Positions 29,866-40,407 of a stretch of 64,000 nucleotides of DNA are shown piece after piece. The notes beneath the pieces are model-generated. The model was not told the DNA's origin and searched no databases. It worked only from the letters and a program-made list of their open reading frames with translations. The number at the start of each line of letters is the position of its first letter. Within the stretch, counting starts at the first letter, position 1. Location: the IMG/VR virus record IMGVR_UViG_3300014838_000014, positions 46,372 to 110,371 of that record. The stretch is one strand, 5' to 3'. The DNA is from a virus. Made by a program: the position numbers and the translations under genes.

Positions 29866-30339
29866 TTCGGGTATTCGTTCAACGAACGATGCCTTGTCAC
29901 CGTTCGTTAGGTACTTCCTCATTTCAGACCCAGATACGTCAATTGTTTCAGACCTATCGATCGCCTTTAGGTAAAGCTGACCGTTGCTAACGAGCCCTAC
30001 GGCGTACTTTCCAATGGACGCAAAGTTATTCTTTAGATCGATGGGATCTGAATAAATTGTGAACGTGTCCGTTGACATTCGTTCGTTCGCTTCTCCCAAT
30101 TCTTTGATTACGTTGCCGACAGGCGATCCACCGTACGTCACGGTGACGTTACCGGGGAGCGTTGGTTCTATCAACGTCTTCCACACGATGTACATTGCTT
30201 TTCCGCTAACGTTACCACGATCGTTCGTGGAAGCGTATACGTGAACGGTATCATTTTCATCAGCGGCAATTCTGATGAGTGAATCGTGACCAATGTGGTA
30301 TGGCTTGAAGGCTCCCGGGACAAGGGCTACTGCATTCAT
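29815..30339 (-). CDS. HIGH-family cytidyltransferase-like nucleotidyltransferase
   Basis: LVPGAFKPYHIGH; VSGSEMRKYL..GD...F...IP. Confidence 0.8.
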   Translation of the reverse strand: MNAVALVPGAFKPYHIGHDSLIRIAADENDTVHVYASTNDRGNVSGKAMYIVWKTLIEPTLPGNVTVTYGGSPVGNVIKELGEANERMSTDTFTIYSDPIDLKNNFASIGKYAVGLVSNGQLYLKAIDRSETIDVSGSEMRKYLTNGDKASFVERIPESIGGEIVWNILRSSIK

Positions 30340-30382
30340 GTTGCTGGTGTCAAACCTCGTCTGTCTGGTGTACAATGTAACT

Positions 30383-30847
30383 ATGATAGACAGTAATCAC
30401 GCGGAACGCAAAAAGACACTCTCCTGTGGTGGACTTCCATGGCGTTTGGCAGACGATGGCATCGAGGTGCTTCTAATAAAGCAGTTCGCCAACAGGGATT
30501 CGTGGGGCATTCCAAAGGGTCACATACACTCAAGCGAATCAGCTGAGGAATGTGCCGTACGTGAAATAAAGGAAGAGACGGGCATCGATGTTCAACTAGG
30601 ACAGTGTCTTCCAGACGTATACTTTTCATGGCCAAGCGAAGACAAAACGGTCAAATCATGGTTGGCAACGCCCGTAGGAAGCCATGAAACAACGATGAAC
30701 ACGCCTGGAAACGAGGTTGCTGACGCTCGGTGGTTCAATATAAAAGAACTGCCGACGATTCATCTTTACCAGAGAACGTTGATCACAAAAGGAATCGAAC
30801 TCATCATTTCTAACTGCGAACGATCGTCGTTTAACTACGAGGAATGA
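30383..30847 (+). CDS. NUDIX hydrolase (Ap4A-hydrolase-like)
   Basis: WGIPKGH...ESAEECAVREIKEETG. Confidence 0.88.
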   Translation: MIDSNHAERKKTLSCGGLPWRLADDGIEVLLIKQFANRDSWGIPKGHIHSSESAEECAVREIKEETGIDVQLGQCLPDVYFSWPSEDKTVKSWLATPVGSHETTMNTPGNEVADARWFNIKELPTIHLYQRTLITKGIELIISNCERSSFNYEE

Positions 30848-30883
30848 CGTGAAGTGAGTGGACGTCGCCGCCTATTTACAACG

Positions 30884-32029
30884 ATGTCTGCTAAAGGTTT
30901 GTTATGCGAGTACGTGCGTGAAATCCTCCTCATTGAGGATGATGGTGGAGGTTTCGGTGGCGGCGACACGGGTGGTGTTTGGGGTGATTTAGCGATGTAT
31001 GACGCCACGATGTCACCGTGGGGCGTTTCGTTCGGCGATGACGCGATCAGCGATGCATTCATCAAACCATTCACAGACGTGTTTGGTGTCGCGGCAGGAA
31101 AAACGAAGAAGCTATCAGCGAAGACACAAACGCTTGCGAAGGTTGCGTATGAAACGATCGCAACAACGATTATTCCAACGTTGAAGGATTCATATGAGGA
31201 GATTTTCTCCGCTGAGGATGAAAAGATCAAGAAAATTCAGGAGGAATACCATGATGTGTTCCAACGTACGTGGACAGCATTTCTTGATCACGACGCTCTT
31301 TTAGCGGCGTTTCTTTATTCACCCGTAACGTTCTTGACAGCAACGATGACGAAGAAGTCGCCGAACGTCGTGATGAACATGCTCAGCGTTCTCACCGGCG
31401 GATCGTTGGACGAGTGGCTGGAAAAGATCAAGGAAAGATACGACATCACCGGTGAGGATCAACCGACCGAGAAACCTCGATATTCGAAAACGCAGAAAGG
31501 TTCTCCCGGCATGGGAATGTACGGGATGGGTGGTTACGGTGCCTACGGTGGAATGGGCGACAACGGAATGGGTTACTCTGAGGGCGTCATTCGCGAACGT
31601 GGCGAGAAGAAAAAGCCGCAAAACAAGAAACCTCTCGAACAGGTTCTCCTCAACAAGGACGTGCTTGCGAAGGTCGCGAACAGCGATGTCACCAAGAAGC
31701 TCGAGCGCGAGGGCCGTGAGTTGGTTCGCGGGACGTTAGAAACCATCTACAAACACGCTCAAACCGTACTCAAGGCCAATAACCTTCAGGCACTGCAACA
31801 AGCGATCGGTGGGTCATTGAAGGGCACAGATAAGCTATCGCAGGTTCCAAAGGAAGAACGTGCGGCCGCTGAACAAACCTTGATGTCAGCAATGAAGAAG
31901 AGCATGCACGCGTTCTATGTCAAGTCACTCGAGGTTCACGTGAAGAAGGCGGTTGCTGACGGCGTTCCTGAGGATTCGGCGTACGTGCACGACTTTCAAC
32001 ACGTGATCTCTAAGATCAAATCGTTGTGA
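30884..32029 (+). CDS. Hypothetical protein with leader motif and Gly/Met-rich linker
   Basis: LLCEYVREILLIE; CTATTTA upstream. Confidence 0.7.
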   Translation: MSAKGLLCEYVREILLIEDDGGGFGGGDTGGVWGDLAMYDATMSPWGVSFGDDAISDAFIKPFTDVFGVAAGKTKKLSAKTQTLAKVAYETIATTIIPTLKDSYEEIFSAEDEKIKKIQEEYHDVFQRTWTAFLDHDALLAAFLYSPVTFLTATMTKKSPNVVMNMLSVLTGGSLDEWLEKIKERYDITGEDQPTEKPRYSKTQKGSPGMGMYGMGGYGAYGGMGDNGMGYSEGVIRERGEKKKPQNKKPLEQVLLNKDVLAKVANSDVTKKLEREGRELVRGTLETIYKHAQTVLKANNLQALQQAIGGSLKGTDKLSQVPKEERAAAEQTLMSAMKKSMHAFYVKSLEVHVKKAVADGVPEDSAYVHDFQHVISKIKSL

Positions 32030-32065
32030 TTGAACACGGCCATCGAACGTTGTAAGGTTTCAATC

Positions 32066-32347
32066 ATGGCAAAGAAGAATTCACCCGAAGTTTCCGTGGC
32101 TGACATGCAACCAGACGAGGTCAATGCGCTTCGAACGATCGTCAAGGAGTTCATCGGAAAGATCGAGAACATCGACAACGAGATTGAAACCCTCAAGGAC
32201 GATCGAAAGAACGTGATCGAGGAGTACTCTGATCGCATCGATGTGAAAACGTTGAACCTTGCGCTCAAGGTGATCAAGATCCAGGCTAGCGTTCAGCACC
32301 GCGATAGTTACGATCTGTTCGTTGAAACTCTGACAAATCCATACTGA
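32066..32347 (+). CDS. GapR/T4 DsbA-like dsDNA-binding protein
   Basis: FI.KIENI..E...LK.DRK.V..EY...IDVKTL..AL. Confidence 0.6.
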   Translation: MAKKNSPEVSVADMQPDEVNALRTIVKEFIGKIENIDNEIETLKDDRKNVIEEYSDRIDVKTLNLALKVIKIQASVQHRDSYDLFVETLTNPY

Positions 32348-32364
32348 GTGATGTAAAATACGAC

Positions 32365-32910
32365 GTGATGACAAGCAATAACCAGTACAAAATAGGCCAG
32401 GTTGTGTACATCGTCCTTCGTAAAGAAGCACGAGTTTATCCAATGCAGTGCGTTGAGATCATAACAAAGTCGACCATCGACGGCGAAGTCATCACGTACA
32501 TGGTCAAGGGCGGTACGGGGATGGAAAAGGCCGTTTCGATCGATGAAATAGACGGCGAGGTGTACGAAACGGCCGATGACGTGAAGAAGACATTGATCAA
32601 GCGAGCAACGGAAGGAATCTCTCAACGCGTTGATAACGCCGTTGCAAAGGCCAAGGAATGGTATCCAAAGGGTCGCGAACGCTCGAACGATGATGGCGAT
32701 GAAGCATCGTTGATCAAGAAGCGACATGATCAGCAACCGCCTTCTTCAAAGAAACAGAAGACAGTGAAGCAACACAGGATCGTGAGTCCAGAGGTTGCTC
32801 AGCTGGCAAACGAGTTACAGCTCGATAACGATAAGTTAGAAGTTCAATTGGCTGACGGTAAAACCGCGATTGTGCGAAGCATAAGTCTTCCGGAAGCGTT
32901 ACAAGGTTAG
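32365..32910 (+). CDS. Hypothetical protein
   Basis: YKIGQVVY...VYP...E.ITK.T.DGE. Confidence 0.65.
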   Translation: MMTSNNQYKIGQVVYIVLRKEARVYPMQCVEIITKSTIDGEVITYMVKGGTGMEKAVSIDEIDGEVYETADDVKKTLIKRATEGISQRVDNAVAKAKEWYPKGRERSNDDGDEASLIKKRHDQQPPSSKKQKTVKQHRIVSPEVAQLANELQLDNDKLEVQLADGKTAIVRSISLPEALQG

Positions 32911-32928
32911 CGAATACGTACAGCTACG

Positions 32929-33186
32929 ATGAAGATCACCCTTGGTAGGCTACGCAACATCTTCGCTGAAGCGAGGGTTACTGCTTCAATTGAGTACATG
33001 CGCAAGGAACGCATACGCGAACACGTGCAATCATTGATCATTGAGACGGTGAAATCGGGTGAAATCAATGATCAGAACGGCATAGATGATTTTTGTAAAT
33101 CAGCAAAGATGGCCTTGAGCGCGCTCGAAATGGTACCATTTGAAGTATGGTTGAAGTTATCAGACAAGAAAATGCCCAAGAAATAG
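32929..33186 (+). CDS. Hypothetical protein with leader motif
   Basis: MKITLGRLRNIFAEA; ATACGTA upstream. Confidence 0.65.
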   Translation: MKITLGRLRNIFAEARVTASIEYMRKERIREHVQSLIIETVKSGEINDQNGIDDFCKSAKMALSALEMVPFEVWLKLSDKKMPKK

Positions 33187-33589
33187 CAAAGTGTAAGCTA
33201 ACATCGCTACGTTATAGAGTGGCGATATGGAAGAATCCAACACGTTCACCGCCACTTGACCCGTTGCAGACGTAGCGACATTGCTTTTGTTATCTCTTCC
33301 GACGTTGTTGATAACTTCAATCATTTTTCAATGTTTTCATCAGATAAGGTGACGTACTGCTACGCTGACGTTGATCATAACAACAATAACAATGCTGTTG
33401 TGTATAAGCTTTATGGTCATCGTGATTGGAAATCAAACATCGTTATATCGCTTAATCAACGTTGTCAGACGCGCTTGCTACGGCACATGTGTATGGCTAC
33501 GAATTGAAGTAAGGAAAACGTTTGAGAATTTGCGTCAAAAGAGATGAACAAACGCTTTAAACATCGAATACAACGAGGGACATAGAACA

Positions 33590-34726
33590 ATGAGTTACGT
33601 TGCAAAGGGAACGATCCTCGATGAGGTTGCCTACGTTTCACGTAAACAGATGGAAACGACCGACCTACAGGGATCAAGCATCACCGTGTTGCCCACGTTC
33701 GCGTACAATCCAGAGTCGAAGACGTCCCCAGCGTCTGCGCTTCGCTGGGCATCGTTTCCAGGTGATCCAGAACCGAAGCCGATCATCACAACGAACAATC
33801 CATTCAACGTTCGCATCACGGGTCTCGAACAACGATCAGAAGGTGGTCGAGCATACAAGGTGGTTGATGATTCAAATCGCCTGTTTGATCTTCGGGAGGA
33901 TCAGGTCATCGAGGCGATTACGTTGTGTGGCATCGAACCAAATGGAATAATTCACAAACAATTCGTCTGGGGTATGATCGGTAGCCAAATGAAGCTTGTC
34001 CTCGTCGGCGGAAGGTTTCACGACGAGCTATCTGCGATGAAGAGCAAGAAAAAGCAACGTGCTTTTCTAACGAAGTCGAGCGAGTTAAGCGTTGGACGTG
34101 TTTATAGGACGACGAACGATGAGTTGCTTGCATACGTTGGTCGAGTGGATAGGCTTAATCCCGTTCACGGTAAACGTTCGACCGAACGCATCAAATCGTA
34201 TGCATTCGTTGCAATGAAACAGAAATCTGATTATAAGTTTGTAACCACGTTTGATGACACGTTGTTACAACGTTATGACGATAAAGAAAAACGCAGGTGT
34301 CAACTCTTTACAGATGCGTACAATTCTTGGGACGTATGGTCGTGGGAGCAAAGGTGGAACTTCATCACGAACGATCTTCGTAGTGAACCATCTCATCACG
34401 TGTTCGACAGCGACGACTGGCACAATGTTCCTACCATTGTTTTTTACAATGACGTTCCAAGGTTGCTTCACGAGGAATCACCTGAATTGGGTGGGTTACC
34501 TGACAAGGTCATCGCCGAGATTCGATCGAACGTTGATCACAAGCACCGTTATGATACCGCTAAAGCAACGAATTATAGCCTTGAATATTTGTGCTTCTAT
34601 GGTACGAATTACGTACCTGAATATGTTAGTAGGTACAACGTGTTGCCAAAAATCGTTGAACAAAAGAACAAAATTCACCATGAGGTGATGAGTTACTTTA
34701 TTGGTTCGCTCTTGTGGCACTCGTGA
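33590..34726 (+). CDS. Hypothetical phage protein
   Basis: 378-aa ORF; EGGRAYKV...FDLRED. Confidence 0.7.
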   Translation: MSYVAKGTILDEVAYVSRKQMETTDLQGSSITVLPTFAYNPESKTSPASALRWASFPGDPEPKPIITTNNPFNVRITGLEQRSEGGRAYKVVDDSNRLFDLREDQVIEAITLCGIEPNGIIHKQFVWGMIGSQMKLVLVGGRFHDELSAMKSKKKQRAFLTKSSELSVGRVYRTTNDELLAYVGRVDRLNPVHGKRSTERIKSYAFVAMKQKSDYKFVTTFDDTLLQRYDDKEKRRCQLFTDAYNSWDVWSWEQRWNFITNDLRSEPSHHVFDSDDWHNVPTIVFYNDVPRLLHEESPELGGLPDKVIAEIRSNVDHKHRYDTAKATNYSLEYLCFYGTNYVPEYVSRYNVLPKIVEQKNKIHHEVMSYFIGSLLWHS

Positions 34727-34768
34727 CGGTGAAGTGCAATCCATGCGCGTCTATGGTACATTGGTTTC

Positions 34769-35251
34769 ATGATGTCGAACAGCGATAGCACCGATGAAGC
34801 GTTGAAGAAGTTAGCTGATGGGATTGCTCCTCTCGATCCTGTCAACGTTCAAGAGAACGCAGAGGTTGAGGAAACGAAGAAGATCAACGGCGAGATGTTG
34901 CTCTCCATCGAGCAGCGTCGAGCGAAGTGGCTGTCGAAACGACCTGACATTTCGCACCTGAAGAACGGCATCGTGCAAACGCCTGAAGGTCCTCTGCCTC
35001 TGTTCAACGTAAACGATCGCATCGTCGTCGATCGTCGCACCTCTTTACTAGAGGACAAGATGTGGTTGGAAACGATCGTGGGTACGGTGAAGAGCATCGA
35101 CGACGATAAGGGCATCGTCATGATGACTGACGAGGAAGCTGATCAAAGGCAGAGGGTTCGTCGGTTCGTCAGTTTCAAGGACGGAATGCACGACATTAGA
35201 ATCGCACCGAAGGGTCGTGGCAATCCATTCGTCTGCAAGGGAACGAAGTGA
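34769..35251 (+). CDS. Hypothetical protein (likely leaderless)
   Basis: GTGCAA-N17-TACATT ends 6 nt before ATG. Confidence 0.65.
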   Translation: MMSNSDSTDEALKKLADGIAPLDPVNVQENAEVEETKKINGEMLLSIEQRRAKWLSKRPDISHLKNGIVQTPEGPLPLFNVNDRIVVDRRTSLLEDKMWLETIVGTVKSIDDDKGIVMMTDEEADQRQRVRRFVSFKDGMHDIRIAPKGRGNPFVCKGTK

Positions 35252-35374
35252 TGCATCATCAGCAGATGTCCATGAAGGAATGGGTGCTCGTTGCTACAAC
35301 GTTGGTTGCAGGCATTGCGTTCCTGCTTTACACGAACGGTTGATGTGACTTTACACAAACGAGGAACGACTGAG

Positions 35375-35710
35375 ATGTGGCCATTCGCGAAGAAATCACC
35401 AAAGACACCAAAGTCACCGAAACAAATCAACGTTGATCGAGTCATTGCTACGATCACGTTGAAGAACGAAAAAGTGTATACACTTCAATTCACAGGCTAT
35501 CAACATGATGATGGTTACTTCGATCCTAGAATCACGGCAAAATCATTATCAGAATCATGGATGTCTAAGTCTCAAAACAGAGGATTGTTATTCGTAGGTC
35601 ACGACGGCGACAAAAAGATGTTCGTTCCGTTCACGAATGTCGAAAACGTTTCAATCGTGGAATCAAAATACCTCATTGATGAAGATGATTTTACGAAAAT
35701 AAAAGATTAA
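35375..35710 (+). CDS. Hypothetical protein
   Basis: ORF with GAGG upstream. Confidence 0.55.
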   Translation: MWPFAKKSPKTPKSPKQINVDRVIATITLKNEKVYTLQFTGYQHDDGYFDPRITAKSLSESWMSKSQNRGLLFVGHDGDKKMFVPFTNVENVSIVESKYLIDEDDFTKIKD

Positions 35711-35743
35711 GCTCTTTAACCATCTCGTGGAAATCACAGACAA

Positions 35744-36586
35744 ATGAACCATACATTGATCATTGACGGTGCAAACTTTTTACACCGCGCTCGAAGCGGT
35801 TTTGCGTTAGGCGATTACGCCATCGTGTACAATACGTTACGAAGCCTACGTCCGATCTGCGATTGGACGAAGCCCACTCGAGTTGTGTTCACGCTGGAAG
35901 GCAGACCAAAGAGGCAACTCGCTCTTCTTCCTGAATACAAGGCGAACAGGTTTGTTGACCCGAACGACCTTGAGAAGGTCAAATCCAACGCTGATTTTCA
36001 TCGACAGAGCGACGTCGTCGTTGACCTGCTGAAGAAGCACTTTCCCGTTTCTGTTGTTCAGCATTCAGATTTTGAAGCGGATGATTTGATTTACAACGTC
36101 ATCCTCAGTTCGAGCACCGTGGCAAGGTTCACGGTCGTGTCGACCGACACTGACTTCACTCAGCTTCTTCAGGAGTTCAACAACGTTGAATTGTACAACC
36201 CAGTGAAGAAGAAGTACGTAGAGGCGCCACCGTACGACTACGTAAGGTGGAAGGCCCTTCGAGGAGACGCATCAGACAACATTCCGCACCTGCCAGGAAT
36301 CAACAACGATGCAATTGCCGTCGAATTCTTTAGTCACGGTGAACGCTTTGAAGAGGCGTTGGTCAACACGGAGCGTTTTGAAGAATTTAAACGTAACGTT
36401 GAGCTCATCCAGTTTAAGCGTTGGACCGATGAAGAACGGCTCTTGATGCGGTCATCGACGCCCACTCGTGACTGGGAGAAGGTGCGCGAGTTGTTCAAAA
36501 CATGGAACTTCAACAGCCTTCTCAAGGAAGGCACGTGGGATAAGTTCGTCAACACGTTCGAACCGTTATGGGGAAACGTGGGTTAG
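35744..36586 (+). CDS. 5'-3' exonuclease / flap endonuclease (PolA-N, T4 RNase H-like)
   Basis: LIIDG, YKANR, EADD, STDTDF.QL, LRGDASDNIP. Confidence 0.92.
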   Translation: MNHTLIIDGANFLHRARSGFALGDYAIVYNTLRSLRPICDWTKPTRVVFTLEGRPKRQLALLPEYKANRFVDPNDLEKVKSNADFHRQSDVVVDLLKKHFPVSVVQHSDFEADDLIYNVILSSSTVARFTVVSTDTDFTQLLQEFNNVELYNPVKKKYVEAPPYDYVRWKALRGDASDNIPHLPGINNDAIAVEFFSHGERFEEALVNTERFEEFKRNVELIQFKRWTDEERLLMRSSTPTRDWEKVRELFKTWNFNSLLKEGTWDKFVNTFEPLWGNVG

Positions 36587-36655
36587 ATGCAGTGAATTCG
36601 TTTTAATTGGTCGAATACGTTCACCGTTCAGTTACATACGTGTAGGAGGTGATAC

Positions 36656-37135
36656 GTGCAAGCTATAAAACGCGCCGTGGGATGGCTATGGGCATCTCCA
36701 CTCACTGTGTTTGGGTTGCTGTACACCTGCGCTGGAACGCTGTTCGGATGGTTCAAGTGGGCAGGAATACACGGCGACGTGTTGCTTTGGCGCATCAACG
36801 TTGCAAAGTGTCCCACGTGGGTTCACCATCGTTGGCACCCGTGCGGTCACACGTTTGGCAACGTTGCGATCACCGTTGAATCAGACATAAATTCATCGCA
36901 TGGAAGGCTCATGCTGAACCACGTGGCTGAACACGTCAGGCAGGCGATGCAGCTTGGACCGTTCTTTCCAGTGATATACTTGTTGATTTGGTCATTCACG
37001 AAGCTAGTGTGCAAGCACGCCAACGCTCACTTCTCGCACCCGTTCGAGGTTGAGTGCCGCAGGTGTGCAGGACAAATAATAGACATCGAAGGCACTGTTT
37101 CGTTGTTGCAATCTCGAAGGAAACATTCGACGTGA
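36656..37135 (+). CDS. Hypothetical membrane-associated protein, degenerate zincin-like
   Basis: TFGN, HVAEHVRQ, PFEVE. Confidence 0.5.
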   Translation: MQAIKRAVGWLWASPLTVFGLLYTCAGTLFGWFKWAGIHGDVLLWRINVAKCPTWVHHRWHPCGHTFGNVAITVESDINSSHGRLMLNHVAEHVRQAMQLGPFFPVIYLLIWSFTKLVCKHANAHFSHPFEVECRRCAGQIIDIEGTVSLLQSRRKHST

Positions 37136-37153
37136 GTCGTCATACTTATCTTA

Positions 37154-37672
37154 ATGAAGACGTCTCAGGCGGGTCTAGATCTGATCACCTCGTTCGAAGG
37201 TGAAATTCTACACGTTTATAACGACGTTGCAAATAAACCCACGATTGGCGTGGGACACCTTTTGAAACCAGGTGAATCGTTTGCAAACGGAATCACGTAT
37301 GAACAAGCGATGAGTTTGCTGGCTAATGATGTCATTGAGGCTGAAAACGCAGTCAACTCACACGTCACGGTTCTATTGACGCAGAACGAATTTGATGCAT
37401 GTGTGGACTTCACGTACAACGTTGGAAGCGGCGCATTTGCATCGTCATCGTTGTTAAAACAGTTGAATGCTGGAAACGTTCAGAGCGCAGCTGATGGTTT
37501 CCTGCTCTGGGACAAGGCTGTCGTCGATGGTAAGCTCGTGCAAGTGCCGGGTCTATTGAGAAGGCGAATAGCTGAAAGAGCGATGTTTCTTTCGTCGACG
37601 TTTACGAACGTCGCGACTGATGATCAAGTTCAAAATAACACCGATAACGCGAAAGGGACGACGAATGCTTAA
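37154..37672 (+). CDS. Endolysin, GH24 lysozyme
   Basis: FEG...Y.D...PTIG.GH (E-D-T triad), LTQNEFDA..F.YNVG, GL.RRR.AE. Confidence 0.92.
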   Translation: MKTSQAGLDLITSFEGEILHVYNDVANKPTIGVGHLLKPGESFANGITYEQAMSLLANDVIEAENAVNSHVTVLLTQNEFDACVDFTYNVGSGAFASSSLLKQLNAGNVQSAADGFLLWDKAVVDGKLVQVPGLLRRRIAERAMFLSSTFTNVATDDQVQNNTDNAKGTTNA

Positions 37673-38510
37673 CTTCAAGCCTAGGCTTACGTGGAGACCT
37701 GATAACACACAACCGCTACCAAACGGGCAAACGTCGTTCAACGATGCGCTTCTTCGAGACAGCATCAACAAATTGCAGTCAGTTGCTTCAACGGTCCAAA
37801 CGCCCGTGCAGGAGGTCAACGGCGTTCTTGACCTGAGACAGTTCTGTCCTCCCGTCGATGATCAAGGTCAACTCAGCGATTGCGTTGCTGATGCAACGTG
37901 CAGTTCATTGGAGTTCGTTAAAATAAGAAACGGCGTGTCGTACTCGAAGTTATCGAGGCTGTTCCTGTACTACAACGCGAGGTTGCAGGTTCAGGAGACA
38001 AACGTTGACCAAGGTACGTACATTCGATTGGCCTTTTCAACGTTGGCAACCATCGGCACGTGCAACGAATCAACGTGGACGTATGATCAAAACATGGTGT
38101 TCACTCGACCGTCGTGGAGCTCGTACCAGGAAGCGTATTTGAACAGGATCACGAGCTTCTTCACAGTACCTCAGGACATCGTGTACACTGGCGGTGGGTT
38201 GCTGGTCAATGCAATAAAACAATCGTTACAGGCTCAACACCCGGTCGTGTTTGGCATGACCGTGGATGACGCGTATCAACAGGTCGGTCCTGATGGCGTC
38301 GTTGCGATGCCGTTGCTCGTCAGGCAGAATCCAGGTGGTCACTGTCAGATGATATGCGGGTACGACAACAACAAACAAACGTGGATCGTGCAGAACAGTT
38401 GGGGAACAGGTTGGGGTGACAACGGTTTTTGTTACTGCCCGTGGACGTACCTCGATGCTAGCAACGCGAATGACATCTGGACTCCGTACATGCAAGGTAG
38501 CACGCCGTGA
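37665..38510 (+). CDS. Papain-like C1 cysteine peptidase
   Basis: DLR..PV.DQG.L.DC, SRLFLYYN.R, GGH....GYD, QNSWG..WG..G. Confidence 0.88.
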   Translation: MLNFKPRLTWRPDNTQPLPNGQTSFNDALLRDSINKLQSVASTVQTPVQEVNGVLDLRQFCPPVDDQGQLSDCVADATCSSLEFVKIRNGVSYSKLSRLFLYYNARLQVQETNVDQGTYIRLAFSTLATIGTCNESTWTYDQNMVFTRPSWSSYQEAYLNRITSFFTVPQDIVYTGGGLLVNAIKQSLQAQHPVVFGMTVDDAYQQVGPDGVVAMPLLVRQNPGGHCQMICGYDNNKQTWIVQNSWGTGWGDNGFCYCPWTYLDASNANDIWTPYMQGSTP

Positions 38511-38857
38511 TGATCGATGAACGCGTTGAAGTGCGCGTGATCGAGGCACTGCTAATCGAGCTCAAACGCGATGAACGCATGGTATCGTTGCTTAAAAAGA
38601 GTGGACTGAGGAATGCCGCCAACTCACCGATGAATGCAGAGGCAAAACGAATCGTCGATGAATGGCTTGATCTAATTGAATTTGACTTGGGACACGGAGT
38701 TTCGCTGTCTATTCGAACGCAGGCGAACAGGTTTGCTGCGAGGAAGCTGCCGATTCTATTGAGAAGGTTTAGGGGCAACCACGAAGCAGTTGTTCAGACG
38801 ATCTTTAATATGCTTGACGGCAAGTTCAACACTCAACAAAGAATGGAAACGTGGTAG
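38507..38857 (+). CDS. Hypothetical protein
   Basis: Coupled ORF. Confidence 0.55.
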   Translation: MMIDERVEVRVIEALLIELKRDERMVSLLKKSGLRNAANSPMNAEAKRIVDEWLDLIEFDLGHGVSLSIRTQANRFAARKLPILLRRFRGNHEAVVQTIFNMLDGKFNTQQRMETW

Positions 38858-38861
38858 AAAG

Positions 38862-39311
38862 ATGAACATCAACCTATTAAGCGCATTTAAAGTGATAGCG
38901 ACGACAAGCATGCTATCACTTGTGTGTTGTCCAATGCTGTCGTCGAACTCGCCAGCATCCAATCCACCCGTCTTACATGATCAGGCATCGTGTCCTGCAG
39001 CGTGTGCCAACCTACAGAAGTTGGGATGTGGAATGTCTCAACCTGATCTCATGGGAACCAGTTGCAAGGTCGACACAGATTGCCTTGGACCTGATGCAGG
39101 CCACGATGCGTTTCAGACGTGCTTCAACGGTCAGTGCATCATTACGTGCGTTAACATCTGCATTTCGACGGAGAACAACGGAGTGTCTTTGAACCCTGCA
39201 TGCGTTGCAACTGCAACGTCGTGTGAATCTGCGAACGATTGTGGTGTTGCAACTACGTCGGGTGTGTCGTGCACCGGTCCCAACTGCAAGGTTTCGCCGA
39301 CGAGCAAGTGA
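38862..39311 (+). CDS. Cys-rich exported protein
   Basis: Signal-like N-terminus and many Cys (C..AC.NL..LGC, C..D.DC). Confidence 0.6.
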   Translation: MNINLLSAFKVIATTSMLSLVCCPMLSSNSPASNPPVLHDQASCPAACANLQKLGCGMSQPDLMGTSCKVDTDCLGPDAGHDAFQTCFNGQCIITCVNICISTENNGVSLNPACVATATSCESANDCGVATTSGVSCTGPNCKVSPTSK

Positions 39312-39349
39312 ACAGTTCGAACGATCTGTGTTACGATCAACAGGATTCA

Positions 39350-39919
39350 ATGAACAGCATCGATAAAAAGTTGATCAAGACATACATCAATGAGGTTCTC
39401 GCGGGATTTGACAACAAATCCGCCGGAAAGGACGGCGTTCCTTCAAACCTTCACTTCGGTGGTAACACGGTGGGTGATGTGCCGGTCAGGTCGAACACCA
39501 ACGTGCTTGACGATGAAAGCAACGAGCAACAAACAAGTGAACAAGGTTCGAAGCAAGCGGCGTGTTGCCTCATCATGGGCCATGATGGAACGGTTCTTGC
39601 CGTGTCAAGACGCAACGATCCAAGCGCAATGGGACTCGCGGGAGGAAAGGTCGATCCTGGAGAGACGGCAATGGAGGCTGCTGCACGCGAGCTGTACGAA
39701 GAAACTGGTCTCACGGCGACGAAGCTGACGCAGGTGTTCTCAAGCAGGGACGGTCAGGGTTTCGTGACAACAACGTTCGCTTGTGAGGTCGAAGGTGAAA
39801 TCAACACTGAAGAATCAGGCGTTGTGAAGTGGGTTCATCCAAGCGTTCTTATCAACTCAACGAGCTCACCGTTCGCTGATTACAACGTAAAGCTGTTTGC
39901 AAAGCTTGGCATGAAATGA
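39350..39919 (+). CDS. NUDIX hydrolase with leader peptide
   Basis: LIKTYINEVL; GGKVDPGETAMEAAARELYEETG. Confidence 0.88.
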   Translation: MNSIDKKLIKTYINEVLAGFDNKSAGKDGVPSNLHFGGNTVGDVPVRSNTNVLDDESNEQQTSEQGSKQAACCLIMGHDGTVLAVSRRNDPSAMGLAGGKVDPGETAMEAAARELYEETGLTATKLTQVFSSRDGQGFVTTTFACEVEGEINTEESGVVKWVHPSVLINSTSSPFADYNVKLFAKLGMK

Positions 39920-40386
39920 ATATATTCGTGCTTGACGAGCACCCTGTCGTTGCCGCGCAGATGCAGTGTAACAAACACGTCGTAAAAATGATAGTTGAAA
40001 GCGCTCAATTGCTGTGTACTGCGTTTCCGAATGGAACGATGCCGTACATGCACACGCACTTCAATCATCCTTGTGCGGCGTGGGTGCGAAAATCGCGAGA
40101 TAACTTTTCATGGTTGCAGCTACATGCCGAAGCTCTATGCATTGATTACACGAAACGTTATGGCCGCATTCACGCTTCGCAGTCCGTTATAGAACGTGTC
40201 GGCAACACGGCGATCGAGTTCGAGTCGTTAGATATGACACCGTTCGTACAGTGCATGCCTGATGCGTACAAGCGCGCCAATGCCATCGATGCATACAGAG
40301 CGTACTACATCGGTGAAAAATCGAGGTTCGCGAAGTGGTCTCCACGAGCAAAGGCTCCTGATTGGTGGCCTGATGGTTCTGCCTAA
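39916..40386 (+). CDS. Pyrimidine-dimer DNA glycosylase-like (DenV-related) protein
   Basis: MNIFVLD, HVVKMIVESAQLL, H.NHPC..W, EY/DY..RYG.IH, AYR.YY. Confidence 0.8.
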   Translation: MNIFVLDEHPVVAAQMQCNKHVVKMIVESAQLLCTAFPNGTMPYMHTHFNHPCAAWVRKSRDNFSWLQLHAEALCIDYTKRYGRIHASQSVIERVGNTAIEFESLDMTPFVQCMPDAYKRANAIDAYRAYYIGEKSRFAKWSPRAKAPDWWPDGSA

Positions 40387-40407
40387 GGCGTAGTGTATGA
40401 TATCAAC

